From positions 16,678,001 to 16,742,000 of the forward strand of contig OX597831.1 in assembly GCA_951406725.2 (NCBI GenBank): 64,000 nt of DNA. Direction: 5' to 3'. Both the position numbers and the translations under genes were made by a program. Source of the stretch: Octopus vulgaris. Taxonomy: Eukaryota. Positions 28,392 to 40,635 of this stretch are shown here, in pieces. The stretch's first letter is position 1. Each line of letters begins with the position of its first letter. The notes beneath the pieces are model-generated. The model saw only the letters and a program-made list of their open reading frames with translations. It had not been told where the DNA came from and did no database searches.

Positions 28392-28770
28392 GCAATAATA
28401 AATCTCTGAACAAGGTATAGACAGTAATGCACGACAATGTGAAGTATATTTGCCATCTAAATATGGGTGGATTTTACTGTAGCTTGTAGTCCCAGGAGAA
28501 CATCTTCTCCAGCCGGCTATTTACACACTTTCTGTGCCCTATCGGTATTTTCAAAGGGAGGTCATCCTTCCCTCGTCGACCTAAATGATACGCACGGACT
28601 GCAGTTTCTGCGTATTGACCCGTCATCAGCGCACGACAATCATCGGTTTTCGATGGAAGGTCCCAATGCAAATAACATATCCTTTTTCCAGTGACATTTC
28701 GTCACTCATCTTGAAAAAGTGTATACACGCAATAATAAATCTCTGAACGAGGTATAGACAGTAACTGCAC

Positions 28771-28773
<3 letters not shown>
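28392..28773 (-). mobile_element. 337-bp retrozyme/pLTR-like unit with about 45-bp terminal direct repeat, inside (TA)n
   Basis: 28392-28435 is nearly identical to 28729-28773; internal hammerhead motif. Confidence 0.6.
28591..28635 (-). ncRNA. Type I hammerhead ribozyme motif
   Basis: Minus strand: cgtgcg CTGATGA cgggt caat acgca GAA ACTGCAGT C cgtgcg; 6-bp stem I, palindromic stem III, imperfect stem II. Confidence 0.65.
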
Positions 28774-28843
<70 letters not shown>

Positions 28844-30046
28844 ATACACTGTACATATGTGCGTTTCTGTATATATCTTTAAATGCGAGCTGGGACAATT
28901 TGGCAAAATGCTTACCGTTGTTTCATCAGGGTCTACGATTTGATTTTTAATTCTGCCTTTAAAATCTCGTAGTTAAACTTTATTATGAGTATGTCGACAG
29001 TATTGCATATTCAGAGCATGTTCACCGTTATCGGCCTCCAGCCGTCATGTGCGGTACTGCACTTTCTTTGCGGGATGTCGTAAAGAATTCCTCGGTGCAC
29101 CATGTTTATATTTTAAATAATTGATAGCGAAACAGAATGTAATATATTTTTTATTTAGCCCGACAATCGTGTATGCGTGCATGTATGTACGAATATATAT
29201 ATATATATATATATATATAACATATATATATGTTATCATAATATCATTTATTAATGATATTATATTATATATTATATTAATATAAATATGTCTAGCATAT
29301 ACCTTGAATTTAACTCATTAATACCAATAAATTACAATTTACTAATTAACTCTATATTTATATTAATTTGATTTATATTTATATACATATGAAATTATTT
29401 CTATATTCTCCATCCTTATATTGTATAAGATACTAAAATTATTAGAATCTTTTGAAGAAAAACTATCTAAGAGATACCTATTTATTTCAAATCAAAAGTA
29501 GGGTTATGGCTGTTAAATAGTTAAATATTAGACGTTTCTATTCTCCCTACCCCATCGGCTTTAGCCTACTAACTTTTGCTGAAATACATTCAAATGTACC
29601 AGAAGAGGTTCTTCAAAGAGAGCTTGATTTATAGCTCTGCCACTTACTTGAACTGCCTCTTCCTCTATCTATAAAAGAATGGATTCTTGATGTTGTTCTC
29701 CACTGGACTTACTAGAATAATATTAACCCCCCCCCCACAATAATAACTCTAAATAATAAATGTAAATTCAGTGATAAGTAGTGTATCCATGAATAAAAAT
29801 CATTTACTACCATGTTTCTGTTGATGAGACTGGTCTCTCTGTCTATCTACTTACCCTATTTGTGAAGTTGATAAATGGAATAAGTATAAAAATGAATCTT
29901 TTCAATTTAAATGAATTCCATATGCAGCTGAAGATTGCTCTACATTTTTAAACTGATGTAATACTTGCATTGTTTAATTAATTTAAATCGCATGAAACGA
30001 TCTTACTTTGGATATCCTTGCTTCTTATTTTGATATATATATATAT

Positions 30047-30580
30047 ATCACCTTGATCACCTTGACCGACCAGTCCATTGGGTGTCCATTCAATACCGCT
30101 GGTCACAGCACGCTGTCCACTCCTCTCTGGATCGCACCTTTCTCATCCACCTGACCCCAATCGTTCTCCTGAAATCGTAACTCCACCGTCGTGGAGGCAT
30201 TCCGGGTGGTCGTTTCCGCTCGCGCGGGTACCACTCGACAACTGCGCGGGTCCACCGATTATCGGTGAGCCGGGCGATGTGTCCAGCCCATCTAAACTTG
30301 CTGCGTGTATACTCTGCGCTGACATCCCTCACGCCGGACTTCTTTCTGATGATTTCGCTACTGATGTGCTCTCTCAACAAGATACCAAGCATTGACCTTT
30401 CAATGGCTCTTTGAGCCGTTACCAGTCTCTGACCTTCTCTCTTTGTGGTAGCCCATGTTTCAATACCATATAACAGTGCAGGTAGAACTGTACTGTTGAT
30501 GAGGTTGGCACGGGTGTTCCTGTCAAACCTTCCATTGAGCACATCCCTTATGCCATTAAGCGACTTGCATCCGGCCATTA
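30047..30580 (-). mobile_element. RTE-clade LINE 3' end
   Basis: LLYGIETW, WAGHIAR..DNRWT..EWYPR..RPPG.P.RW; tandem CAAGGTGAT tail. Confidence 0.85.
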
Positions 30581-31193
30581 CAAGGTGAGATTAAAATGTT
30601 TTCGCTTTAAGTGTATCGCGAAATCCCTAGCTAGAGGTCCAACCTTCCGAATTCTTTTATAAGGCTAATAAAACATGAAAGACTGTTGCAATATAGGGAT
30701 TAAGTTGAATAAAATCTTATCTAATTAATCCTCCTGAACTTTCATTAAACCTAAACTAGGTATTATGAAGCGCCCCGACACGCGCATATTTTTGCTTGTA
30801 TGTGTGTTTGTGTGTGTGTTTCCTTGTGTTTGTATATGTATATGTGTGTTTGTGAGATGTTCGTCTCTATGTCATAAAGTTCAGAAAACTTTCCGTGTTA
30901 AAGCTTTAAACGATTCATTTTACTTTGTGTCTCCTAGTAAATACCGGAAGCATTTTGAGTGTTTCGTTGAAATATCACGTTATTGTACAGGATATTTCGG
31001 ATTCGTGTATGAACGCGCCTGTCCGGTAATGTATTTCCATTCATTGGTCTCATTTGTTAAATTAGCTTTGAATAGTTCACTATATTCTATATACTACTAC
31101 TACTGCTACTATTAATAATAATAGTAATAATAATAATATTAATAATAATAATAATAATAATAAAAATAATAATAAAAATAATAATGATAATAA

Positions 31194-31890
31194 GAGTATC
31201 TCAACAGGCATGATAGAGCTGCACAATAAATTCACTTGGTAATTTGCTGAAGCCTGGACTTGCCCCATGATAAAAACTGGTGGGAACACAAACCACCGCC
31301 AGTGCTTGAAAATGACCACATTTCACTGCTGTGGAACTTCACCATTCAAACTGACAGGAAGTTAGACGCGAATAGGCCAGCCATCATAGTAAAAGACTTC
31401 AGACAAAAAACATGCCTCCTCATTGATATGACTGTCCCAATCGATATAAACGTATCTGTCAAGACCTACCAGAAACTGAGCAAATATAAAGATCTGGAAA
31501 TAGAAATCAGCAAAATGTGGAACCTGAAGACTAAAACAATACCTGTTGTCATAGGTGCCCTTGCAATGATAGCAAAAGGGGCTGATTGCTACCAAACTGA
31601 GATACCAGGAAACCTAAAAATTGCAGAAATGCAAAAGATAGTGCTCATGGGAACTGCTCATATCCTACGCAAAATACTTTCTTTCTAAACTCAAGTTTTA
31701 AAACAAACATAATTTTTGTATGGTTTTTTAGGCATTCACTAGTACAACACTAAGTACAAGACCAAATATATGGCACCCTAGGAATAACACCAACATGTCC
31801 TTCCAGCTTGTTGTCTCTTGAGGTCTCTGAGTGAAACTTGGAGCCAGCTTGTGCAAATTTAAAGCAAAAGTCAAACATAGAATAATAATA
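31194..31890 (+). mobile_element. 5'-truncated R4/Dong element, family B
   Basis: ORF 31260-31688 is the RLE domain; (TAA)n flanks. Confidence 0.88.
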
Positions 31891-32109
31891 ATAATATTTC
31901 CAACAATCATTATTTTCATTGTTGTTAAGGTGGTAGGGCTGCAGAACTGTAAGCATGGCGGTCAGAATACTTAACAGCATTTCGCCCGTTCTTTCCATTT
32001 CTGAGTTCAAATTGCACCAAGGTCGACTTAGCGTCTTATCCTTTTCGATGTCGACAAATTGTGTAGCAGTCATCGTTATTGTTATTATTTTAAGTTTTTT
32101 ATTATTATT

Positions 32110-33286
32110 ATCATATGTTTGACTTTTGCTTTATATTTGTACAAGTTGGCTCCAAGTCACACCCAGAGAACTCAAGAGACAACAGGTTGGAAGTTCACGT
32201 TGTTGTAATGACTAGTGTGCCATATATTTGGTTGTTTTTTGTGTTGAACTGGTGGATGTCTAAAAAAAAAAGTAAAATATGTTTGTTTTAAACCTTGAGA
32301 TTACATATAAAGTATTTTGCGTAGGATATGAGCAGTTCCCATGAGCACTATCTTTTGAATTTCTGCAATTTTGGGGTTTCTTGGTATCTGAGTTAGGTAG
32401 CTATCAGCCCCTTTTGCTATCATTCCCAGGGCACCTATGACAACAGGTATTGTTTTAGTCTTCATGTTCCACATTTTGCTGATTTCTATTTCAAGATATT
32501 TATATTTGCTCAGGTTTTGGTAGGTCTTGACAGATACGTTTATATCGATTGGGACAGTCTTATCAATGAGGAGGCATGTTCTTTGCTTGAAGTCTTTCAA
32601 TATGCTGTCTGGCCGATTTGCATCTTTCTGTCAGTTTTAATGGTGAAGTTCCAGGGGAGTGAGATGTGGCCATTTTCAAGCACTGGAGATGGTTTGTGTT
32701 CCCACCAGTTTTTATCATGGGGTAAATCAAGGTTTTTGCAGATTACCCAGTGTATATATTGTGCAGCTCTATCGTGGTTGTTGAGATACACTGTATGCGC
32801 TAGAAGACTGCACTTGGAGACCACATGATCAATTGTTTCATTTTGTTGCTGGCATATACGACACGTTGGATTGCTGCTGATCTTTAATATGTTGGCCTGG
32901 TAGTTTCTTGTTGTTAGGCATTGATCTTGAGCTGCTATGATAAACCCCTCTGTTTCAGATTTTAAGCCAGAGGCCATTAGCCATTAATGGATCAGGGCTT
33001 TGTCAACATCTGTATTATTCGCTCTCTTTGGGTATTTGCCGTAGAGAGGTTTTCCTTGCCATTTATCATTCAGAATATCTAAGGCCGCAGATTTAGCACG
33101 GGTTTTCATGCGTTTAGCTTTTTCTGTGTCTGTTTCTTGTATGTCTATCTCTAATTCCGAAATTTGTTGTATTCGGAATTCACTTTGATATTCCTTTGCC
33201 TGTTTTGTTACTGAGTATGTTGCTTTCTTATTTTCATGTTTTGAGACAAATTTTAACATCCAGTCCTCAGAGTTTTTCAGGTAGGT
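32110..33286 (-). mobile_element. 5'-truncated R4/Dong element, family B
   Basis: ORFs 32301-32600, 32597-32977 and 32984-33259. Confidence 0.88.
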
Positions 33287-34085
33287 ATTCAGTAGTTTTA
33301 TTTTTATAGCGTGCTTTCACTTCACTACCGAGCGCAGCTCTGTGTGCCTTGGGTATGTGCTGTGATTTGTTGTGATGCTCTGATGGTTATTGTATGGAAA
33401 GTGTTCTGCGTAGGATGTGTGCAGTGCCTAGTAGTGCAATTTTCTGTATGTTATATGTGTTTGTAAGTCCTGGTGTTTTTGTTATGTATTTGTCTGAATA
33501 TTTTTTATCATGCCTAATGCACCTACTATGATAGGAATTGTTTCTGTTTTCAGATTCCACATTCTAGTTACCTCTATTTCCAGGTCTTTGTATTTTGAGA
33601 GTTTCTCCATTTCTTTTAGAGACACGTTGTCATCTGCCGGTATTGATACATCAATTAGAAAGCATTTTTTTTCTTCATGATCTCTGACAACTATATCTTG
33701 TCTGTTGGCCTCATTTTCTCTATCTGTGTGTATCGGCATATCCCAGAGTATGGTTGCTTTCTCGTTTTCTGTGACCTTTTCTGGTATGTTCCTATACCAT
33801 CTTTTTTCTGTTGTTATTCCATAATGTTGACATAGCTTTCAGTGTATGTAGGTTCCAACTCTGTCATGTCTGTGAATATATTCCTTCTTAGCCAGGACTG
33901 GGCAGCTAGAGATAATATGATTTATTGTTTCTTGTCCATCTCCACATATTCTGCAGTTACTTGTAATATTTATTTTCATTACATGTTTTTGGTAATTTCT
34001 GGTGGGGAGGCTTTGGTCTTGTGCTGCAATTAAAATCCCTCTGTTTCTGCTTTGAGTCCTGAGTTTCTCAAGTCCTGAGCTTCTC

Positions 34086-34086
<1 letters not shown>
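33287..34086 (-). mobile_element. 5'-truncated R4/Dong element, family A, abutting the family B copy
   Basis: Near-identical to 7955-8740; (TTA)n array at 34087-34320. Confidence 0.88.
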
Positions 34087-34168
<82 letters not shown>

Positions 34169-34190
34169 TCTTATAATTATTATTATTATA

Positions 34191-34310
<120 letters not shown>

Positions 34311-35879
34311 TATTTATTTATTTATTGTCCTCTTGCTGTATAAAGTTGCATATCCGATTACAATGTACGATGTAAGAATATTTAAAACAATTTGCATATT
34401 TTAAATGTGATTTGGTCTTCTTTCTTCTAAATACATCAACTTCTTTTCAATAGGAAAAAAAAAAAGAGTAATGGCCGTACCAACCAAGCTGAGGTACGTG
34501 ATACTTTTTGGTAACTATTTCGCCATCACTGCATTTTAATGCCAGATCTGCGCAGGATTTCTACGATATTAGCATCATACCATTTTGAAATCAATCAGAT
34601 GGTTTGTAATGCAAACGCCATAACGCTACACTAACACGAAAGTAATTTTTAAAAAACCATCTTGTTAATCATTTACAACAATGGATATATGATATGTATG
34701 TGGCGTTATGTTAATTTAGTGATGCCATGATTAACATATTCTCTATTAAATAACTCCTTTATTACTCTACTCAGAAGTTCTACTAGTGTTATTAGCGTGA
34801 TAATATGATGCAGAGAGAGGCCATGCTCATTAAACTTAATAGAATACATAGGCAACATTTTATACCATTACAAGCTATTGCAATGTGTATACCACTCTTT
34901 TATAACGATATATTTCCATAAACATAGTATGTTTGTGTATTAAACGTCTTTGTAAGCCAATTATACGAATGTAAAAATGTGCAATATTACAATGCTACTC
35001 ACATAAAAACTCATTCACAAACGCTATAAAATGTGATATCACATTGATATTAACCCTGGTAGCATTGTGAAGGGATATAGAAGCAATTTCGTGAAATACT
35101 TGCTAATTTTCCCTGAATTGTGCGAACCAATTTTACTCCTGGTCTTAGAATTTGCATGCCTTGCCACATCTCAATTTCACATTTCACGTTCAAATGTCAG
35201 TAATAGTGCGTATATGAAATGCACTTAAAAGTATAATGGTATTCTGATTACACACATTTGTAAATAGAGTTATTTGTATAATTTTATAAGGGTTTCTACT
35301 CTATAAATGTTTGTAATATATTTAGCTCTAAAATACGTGATAACATACATCATTTAATGCTAAAAGAATGGAAATGTATTAGCCCAACGGCAATGCATTT
35401 ATTAAGTGCCTATTGAGTTATGGACATCTGAACAGCGGCACACTGTAGGACAAAAGTATTTCCCTAATTAGAATGTTAATGTGTTAATTACTAACGAATT
35501 AATGAAGAATAAGGAGGATTGTCGAGCCAGGCGGATTTTTGCTTTTTATTTTCTTTACATGACATCAAAGATGATCCAGCATCCAACTTCACTTATATTA
35601 TTTCCGTCTGCACTTTGCTATGAAGTTTATATCTTTAAGAAAAAGCTCTCCCTGTTTTTCCAAAGAAAACACTATATTTGCAGGAACGTATTGTAAACGT
35701 TTATTTTGAAGAAGAATTTTTTGTTAAAAGAATTCACGTTATCGTAACTTCTGCACGGGAAATCAATTTCTACTTCAGGTATTCATAGTTTTCCGGCTTG
35801 TGGTGTATTGAAATATCTCTAAAGTTTATCTTCGAAATTTCCTCGTTGCGCTTCAAGCAACTCAGGAATGGCTGACTTT

Positions 35880-36330
35880 TACCTAATTTACTCATTTCAA
35901 ATTGCACTCACGTAACATCCTTCGAGTCTTCCTCATTTCGGGCATGATTAATACCTATATATTCCATTAACCACCTCGACTGTATTTAAAGCTGTCGTTG
36001 CAAATGACTTTCCAGAATCTAATTTCATACGGTGTGATGACTGGATATACCTACATTTGTGCTATATGCGATGGATATACCTGTGGCTTATCAATTATTT
36101 TGAACATAACCGCCTAATAAATTCATTCACGTCAATGTGGCAAACGCTTTCACCACATACCAAGCAATGTCTTCACACTCCCGTATTTCATCTTAATTGA
36201 AGTTCCCGAGATATTTCCGTATCGCCTTCAGAATCCCATGTTCCTTTATGTACCGACTGGCATATGAGCACCCAAGTAAGCCCATTTGCTTCGCATCACA
36301 ATTGGACACCACATGATGTATATCTGCTTC
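35880..36330 (-). mobile_element. Highly degraded retroviral-type (rve) integrase relic
   Basis: Across frameshifts: AHMPVG-HKG..RHCLVC (H2C2), VCHIDV, IID-ATGISIAY, MKLDSGKSF, MEYIGINH in canonical order. Confidence 0.5.
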
Positions 36331-37683
36331 TCACCCGTTTTCAGATAGAAACAGTCGGTTGATAATTTGATATTTCTCAGTTTTGAGTAATCGCGTTTAG
36401 AAATTTTCTCCGTGTATTAGAAATCCCTACGTGTATTAAGTTTGAATAAGCAAGATACTTTCTTCTTGGTTTAATATCTTCGACGCTCGTTCTGTTGCTC
36501 TTTCATCATGATATAACTGCTAAGTCGTTGGGGTTTTTATTGTTTGTAAGACTGTCCTCTTAAAAATGTATGCTACTCTGATTCAAAATGATACAAGATT
36601 ATTTCAACCTTCAGTAAAGAAGTATGTAGAATTTTCGTGAAGTGAAGAAATTTGATTAAGTCCGCATATATTGCCTGTGGTATTTGTAGAGTAAACATAA
36701 TGCTAGAACATTTTTTTTATATCTTAAGTAGAATCCGCAGACTCAAGACGTCTCATAGTTCCGACGTCATCTCGTAGAAAAAACAAAAAAAGAACTTACC
36801 CCAATGTAATGGATAATAAGACATATCTTGTAAAATGATAAATGCGCATTTTAATCTAATGGACACAACATCTTTTAAATGATTATATTTTTATTCTCTT
36901 TACAGACCGGATGCCTGTCAATATCAATTACTACATATCTACTTTCATTGGCAAAAGTTATATGAATAAATTTGGAGATGTGATTAATAACAGCATTCGG
37001 TGATGTTTTTATCGTTATTGAACTACGATTTCGATGTTAGCAACCGTTGTTATGTCTTTGCCGAGATATTATTGGTTTGCGGTTTTTATGCAGGGCAAGC
37101 GATTCCATGGCAGTCGGAATATCTATTAGATTGACCCCAGAGTTCAAAGAAGAAACAAGGAAGCAGACAAAGAATGAAAGATTACAAGAGAAAGACTTAA
37201 AGGAAAAGAAAGAACGAATAAAAATAAAGGAAGACAGAAAGAAAGAATGAAAGACGGGAAGAAAGAGAGAAAGAAGGGACGAAATAAATAAAATAAAGAA
37301 AGAAGGATAGAAAAGATGTGTAAGGAACAGGTGAAATATACGAATCAATGACGGAGGAAGGAAGGAAGGAATGCATGAAGGAATAAATGAAGGAAGGAAG
37401 GAAGTGCGGAAGAAAGAACGGATGGATGGATGGTTGCAGTGTAAGAGGAGAGAAAAATGAACGAGGAGCGTAAAAGAGAGTAAAAGACAGACAAAGAGAA
37501 AGTGAGAAGGAGAGATGGGGAGAGAGAAAAGGAGAGATTGTGCGTGAGCATGTGAGAGGGGGAGACGGAGAGAGAGAGAGAGAGAGAGAGAGATACAGAA
37601 AGTGAAGAGAAAAAAGACAGGAAAACAAGGATAAACTGATAAATCCATATACACGGAAATAGGGAGACATACTAGTCAATATT

Positions 37684-37724
37684 GATAGAGATAGATAGAT
37701 AGATAGATAGACAGGCAGATAAAT

Positions 37725-37794
<70 letters not shown>

Positions 37795-37969
37795 GTTTCT
37801 TTATTGGCCACACAGGGCTGCACACAGATGGGACAAGTTACAAGGTAGAGCTTTTCTTTTGGGGGATGAAGAGAACGAAAAACAAAAGAAAAAAAGGGGG
37901 TGGCGTAGATAGATAGATAGATAGATAGATAAGTAGATAGATTGATAGATATATAGATAAATAGATAGG

Positions 37970-38010
<41 letters not shown>

Positions 38011-38093
38011 GGATAGCTAGATAGATAGATAGATATATAGACATATAGATAGATAGATAGATAAGTAGATAGATAGATTGATAGATAAGTAGA
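37684..38093. repeat. (GATA)n array containing an 80-bp extra copy of the Tx1 3' end (37791-37870)
   Basis: Directly visible. Confidence 0.9.
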
Positions 38094-38264
38094 TAAGTTT
38101 CTTTATTGGCCACACAGGGCTGCACACAGATGGGACAAGTTACAAGGTAGAGCTTTTCTTTTGGGGGATGAAAAAAACAAAAAACAAAAGAAACAAAAAA
38201 AGGTGTGGCGTAGGTTTTCGATCAAGAGGGATCGTAAAAGGGAAGAAGAGAACAAAAAATAAAA

Positions 38265-38298
<34 letters not shown>

Positions 38299-40495
38299 GC
38301 AAAAGGAACAAAAGAAAAGAGAAATGAAAAAGAAGAAAAAATGGGAAAAAAGGGGAAGAGAGAAAAAACGATCAATATGGATCGTGTATCACAGTGTTAT
38401 GATATATGGTGTAAAGGGAAAAGCAAGTAAGGTTTATCCGTGGGAAGAAAAGCCTACGAAAAAGACCACGGTAACCTTGGTCAATATTGTTATATGTTAC
38501 CACATTTGTTTGCAAGTGGGTAACCCTCTGTTTTCAATTTCTGGGTTCATAGGATTATGCTCAAGGTGGCTTCGTCATTCATACGTGCCATCCTTGCTAC
38601 ATTCACCCATCTTTTTTTAAAACATTCGCTAGACAAAACTTGCCTCTCTACTCTCACTTTCCTTTTCAAGTGGTACTTGAAGAAGTTGATGAGAGATTGA
38701 CCAGAGAGGAAAGTGTTTGTCTCCAATCCTTTCAGACGCATCCACCAGATACATTCTTTCGCCATAGCCACAAGGATGATGAAAATAGCTCTACCTTCCC
38801 GTTTGAAGGAAGGAGGCGTGACAATATTGACGATAGACTCAGGTGATAAACCGACTCGTCCCACACGTGACAGCAGTTGTTCGACATAAGCCCACAGGTC
38901 GGAAATTGTTGGACACTGCACGAGTGCGTGCAGAACGGTTTCGTCGCTCTGACCGCCTCTCGAGCAGGTCGGCCCCGTGTTTCTCGAGCCGTGTCTGTAG
39001 AGCTTATCCCGAACGGGTAGCGCTTCTCGGTAGCACTGCCAGGCCAGGGATCTCTGGAAGTTGTCCATGGGCCCTGGCTCGAAAGTCGTCCCGAACAGGC
39101 GGGTCAGGTACTCCTCGTCGACGTCCAGGTTCGCCCCGAGCTCGTCGTCGTACCTCCCCTCCACTAATCCCCTTTAGAATGCTTTGGTTGTGATGAAGTC
39201 ACTCAAGGTCGACCCAGGACGGTAGAGTTGCTTGAGAGCATCGCGACACTCGCGGTGCCATTCGCCCTTCCTCGGCCTCTTTTTGATCCACGACTGCAGT
39301 TCGGTCATGGAGACGAGCTGCGGGAAAGCGTGCCTCACAAACGGCGACCACACCTGTTCACCGTCGTCTACGAAGAGCCTGAGATGTCGCAGTCTCAGCG
39401 CGTGTCTGCGCATCATCAACCACGGCATGCCCAGTCCTCCTTTTAACAGGTGTTGACAGCAAATGGATCGCCTGACCATCGGGACGCATCCTTTCCACAA
39501 GAAGCGAAAGAGAATGCGTTCTAGTTTGGTGATGGTAGGGTCGGGACGAGGCACGACGGTCAGGCGGTAGTAGATGACGGACGCGATGTACGTGTTCGCC
39601 ACCTCCGCCCGACCTTTTAGGGACAGTTTCCTCTCGGCCCATTGCCGGGCGAGAGTGACCACCCTACTCGTTACCTCGTTCCAGTTCTTCTCCACTTGGA
39701 GTTCCAGGCCAAACCAGACCCCGAGCAACTCAACCGGGCCGTCGGTCCAGCGTCGCACGACGTAGGCGCTGGTGGACGGCATGGGCTTGCTTCTCCAGGT
39801 GCCTAGTCGCAAGACCAGACTTTTTCCGGTTGATTTTCGCTCCTGTCACCGCTTCGTAGTTTTTCAGTGTCTCACCGACCTGCTCGATGTGCTCGTGGCT
39901 AGACGCTATGACGGTGACGTCATCCGCGTATGCAGACACGCTTGTCCCGCATCCCAGTTCTCGCGGGATTCCCCTCAAAGTTGCCAGCTTCCGCAATAAT
40001 AGCTCGAGAGTCAATACGTATAGAAGCGACGAGAGGGGGCATCCCTGACGGACCGAACATGCGATGTCGAAGGGTCTCGAAAGATGTCCATTTACGCGAA
40101 TTACCGAACGGATGCCTCTGTACAAAGCGGCTATCCAGCCGCGGAAGACGGGACCGAAGCCAGACGCTCTGAGGACTGCCTCCAATTATCGATGGTCCAC
40201 CCAATCGAAAACTTTCGATTGATCTAAATTGATCTGCGCCCCACCCATGCCAGGTTCGTTAATTACCCTGTCTATGATGTAGCGCATCAGGTGGAGGTTG
40301 TCATGGATGGTCCGGCCCGGCACGGCGCATGTTTGCGCCTTGTCGACTAGTTTCTCGATGTCAAGCGCCAACCTCTTGGCTAGCACATTGGCCAAAATTT
40401 TCAAGTCTGCATTAAGCAGTGATGGGCCTAAAGTTATCTATTACATTTCCCTTGTTTAGACCTTTCTTCAGCAGTATTACGGCTCCTCGGCTCAT
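38094..40495 (-). mobile_element. Tx1/L1-clade LINE, 5'-truncated ORF2 plus 3' UTR
   Basis: KILANVLAKRL, LDQSKVFD, SVRQGCPLS, AYADDV and C-terminal C..ETVLHALVQC; AATAAA then (TATC)n. Confidence 0.9.
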
Positions 40496-40499
40496 AGGT

Positions 40500-40538
40500 A
40501 AGTAGATAGAAAGATAAGTAGATAGATAGATAGATAAG

Positions 40539-40625
<87 letters not shown>

Positions 40626-40635
40626 GTAGATAGAT
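40500..40635. repeat. (GATA)n microsatellite
   Basis: Directly visible. Confidence 0.95.

Noticed and set aside
36110-36280. HIDVNEFI as a glycosyltransferase DxD motif
   Set aside because: Surrounding H2C2, IID-ATG and LDSGKSF motifs fit an integrase instead
36790-36850. Possible Argonaute C-terminus (ILQDMSYY)
   Set aside because: Too short and diverged to support
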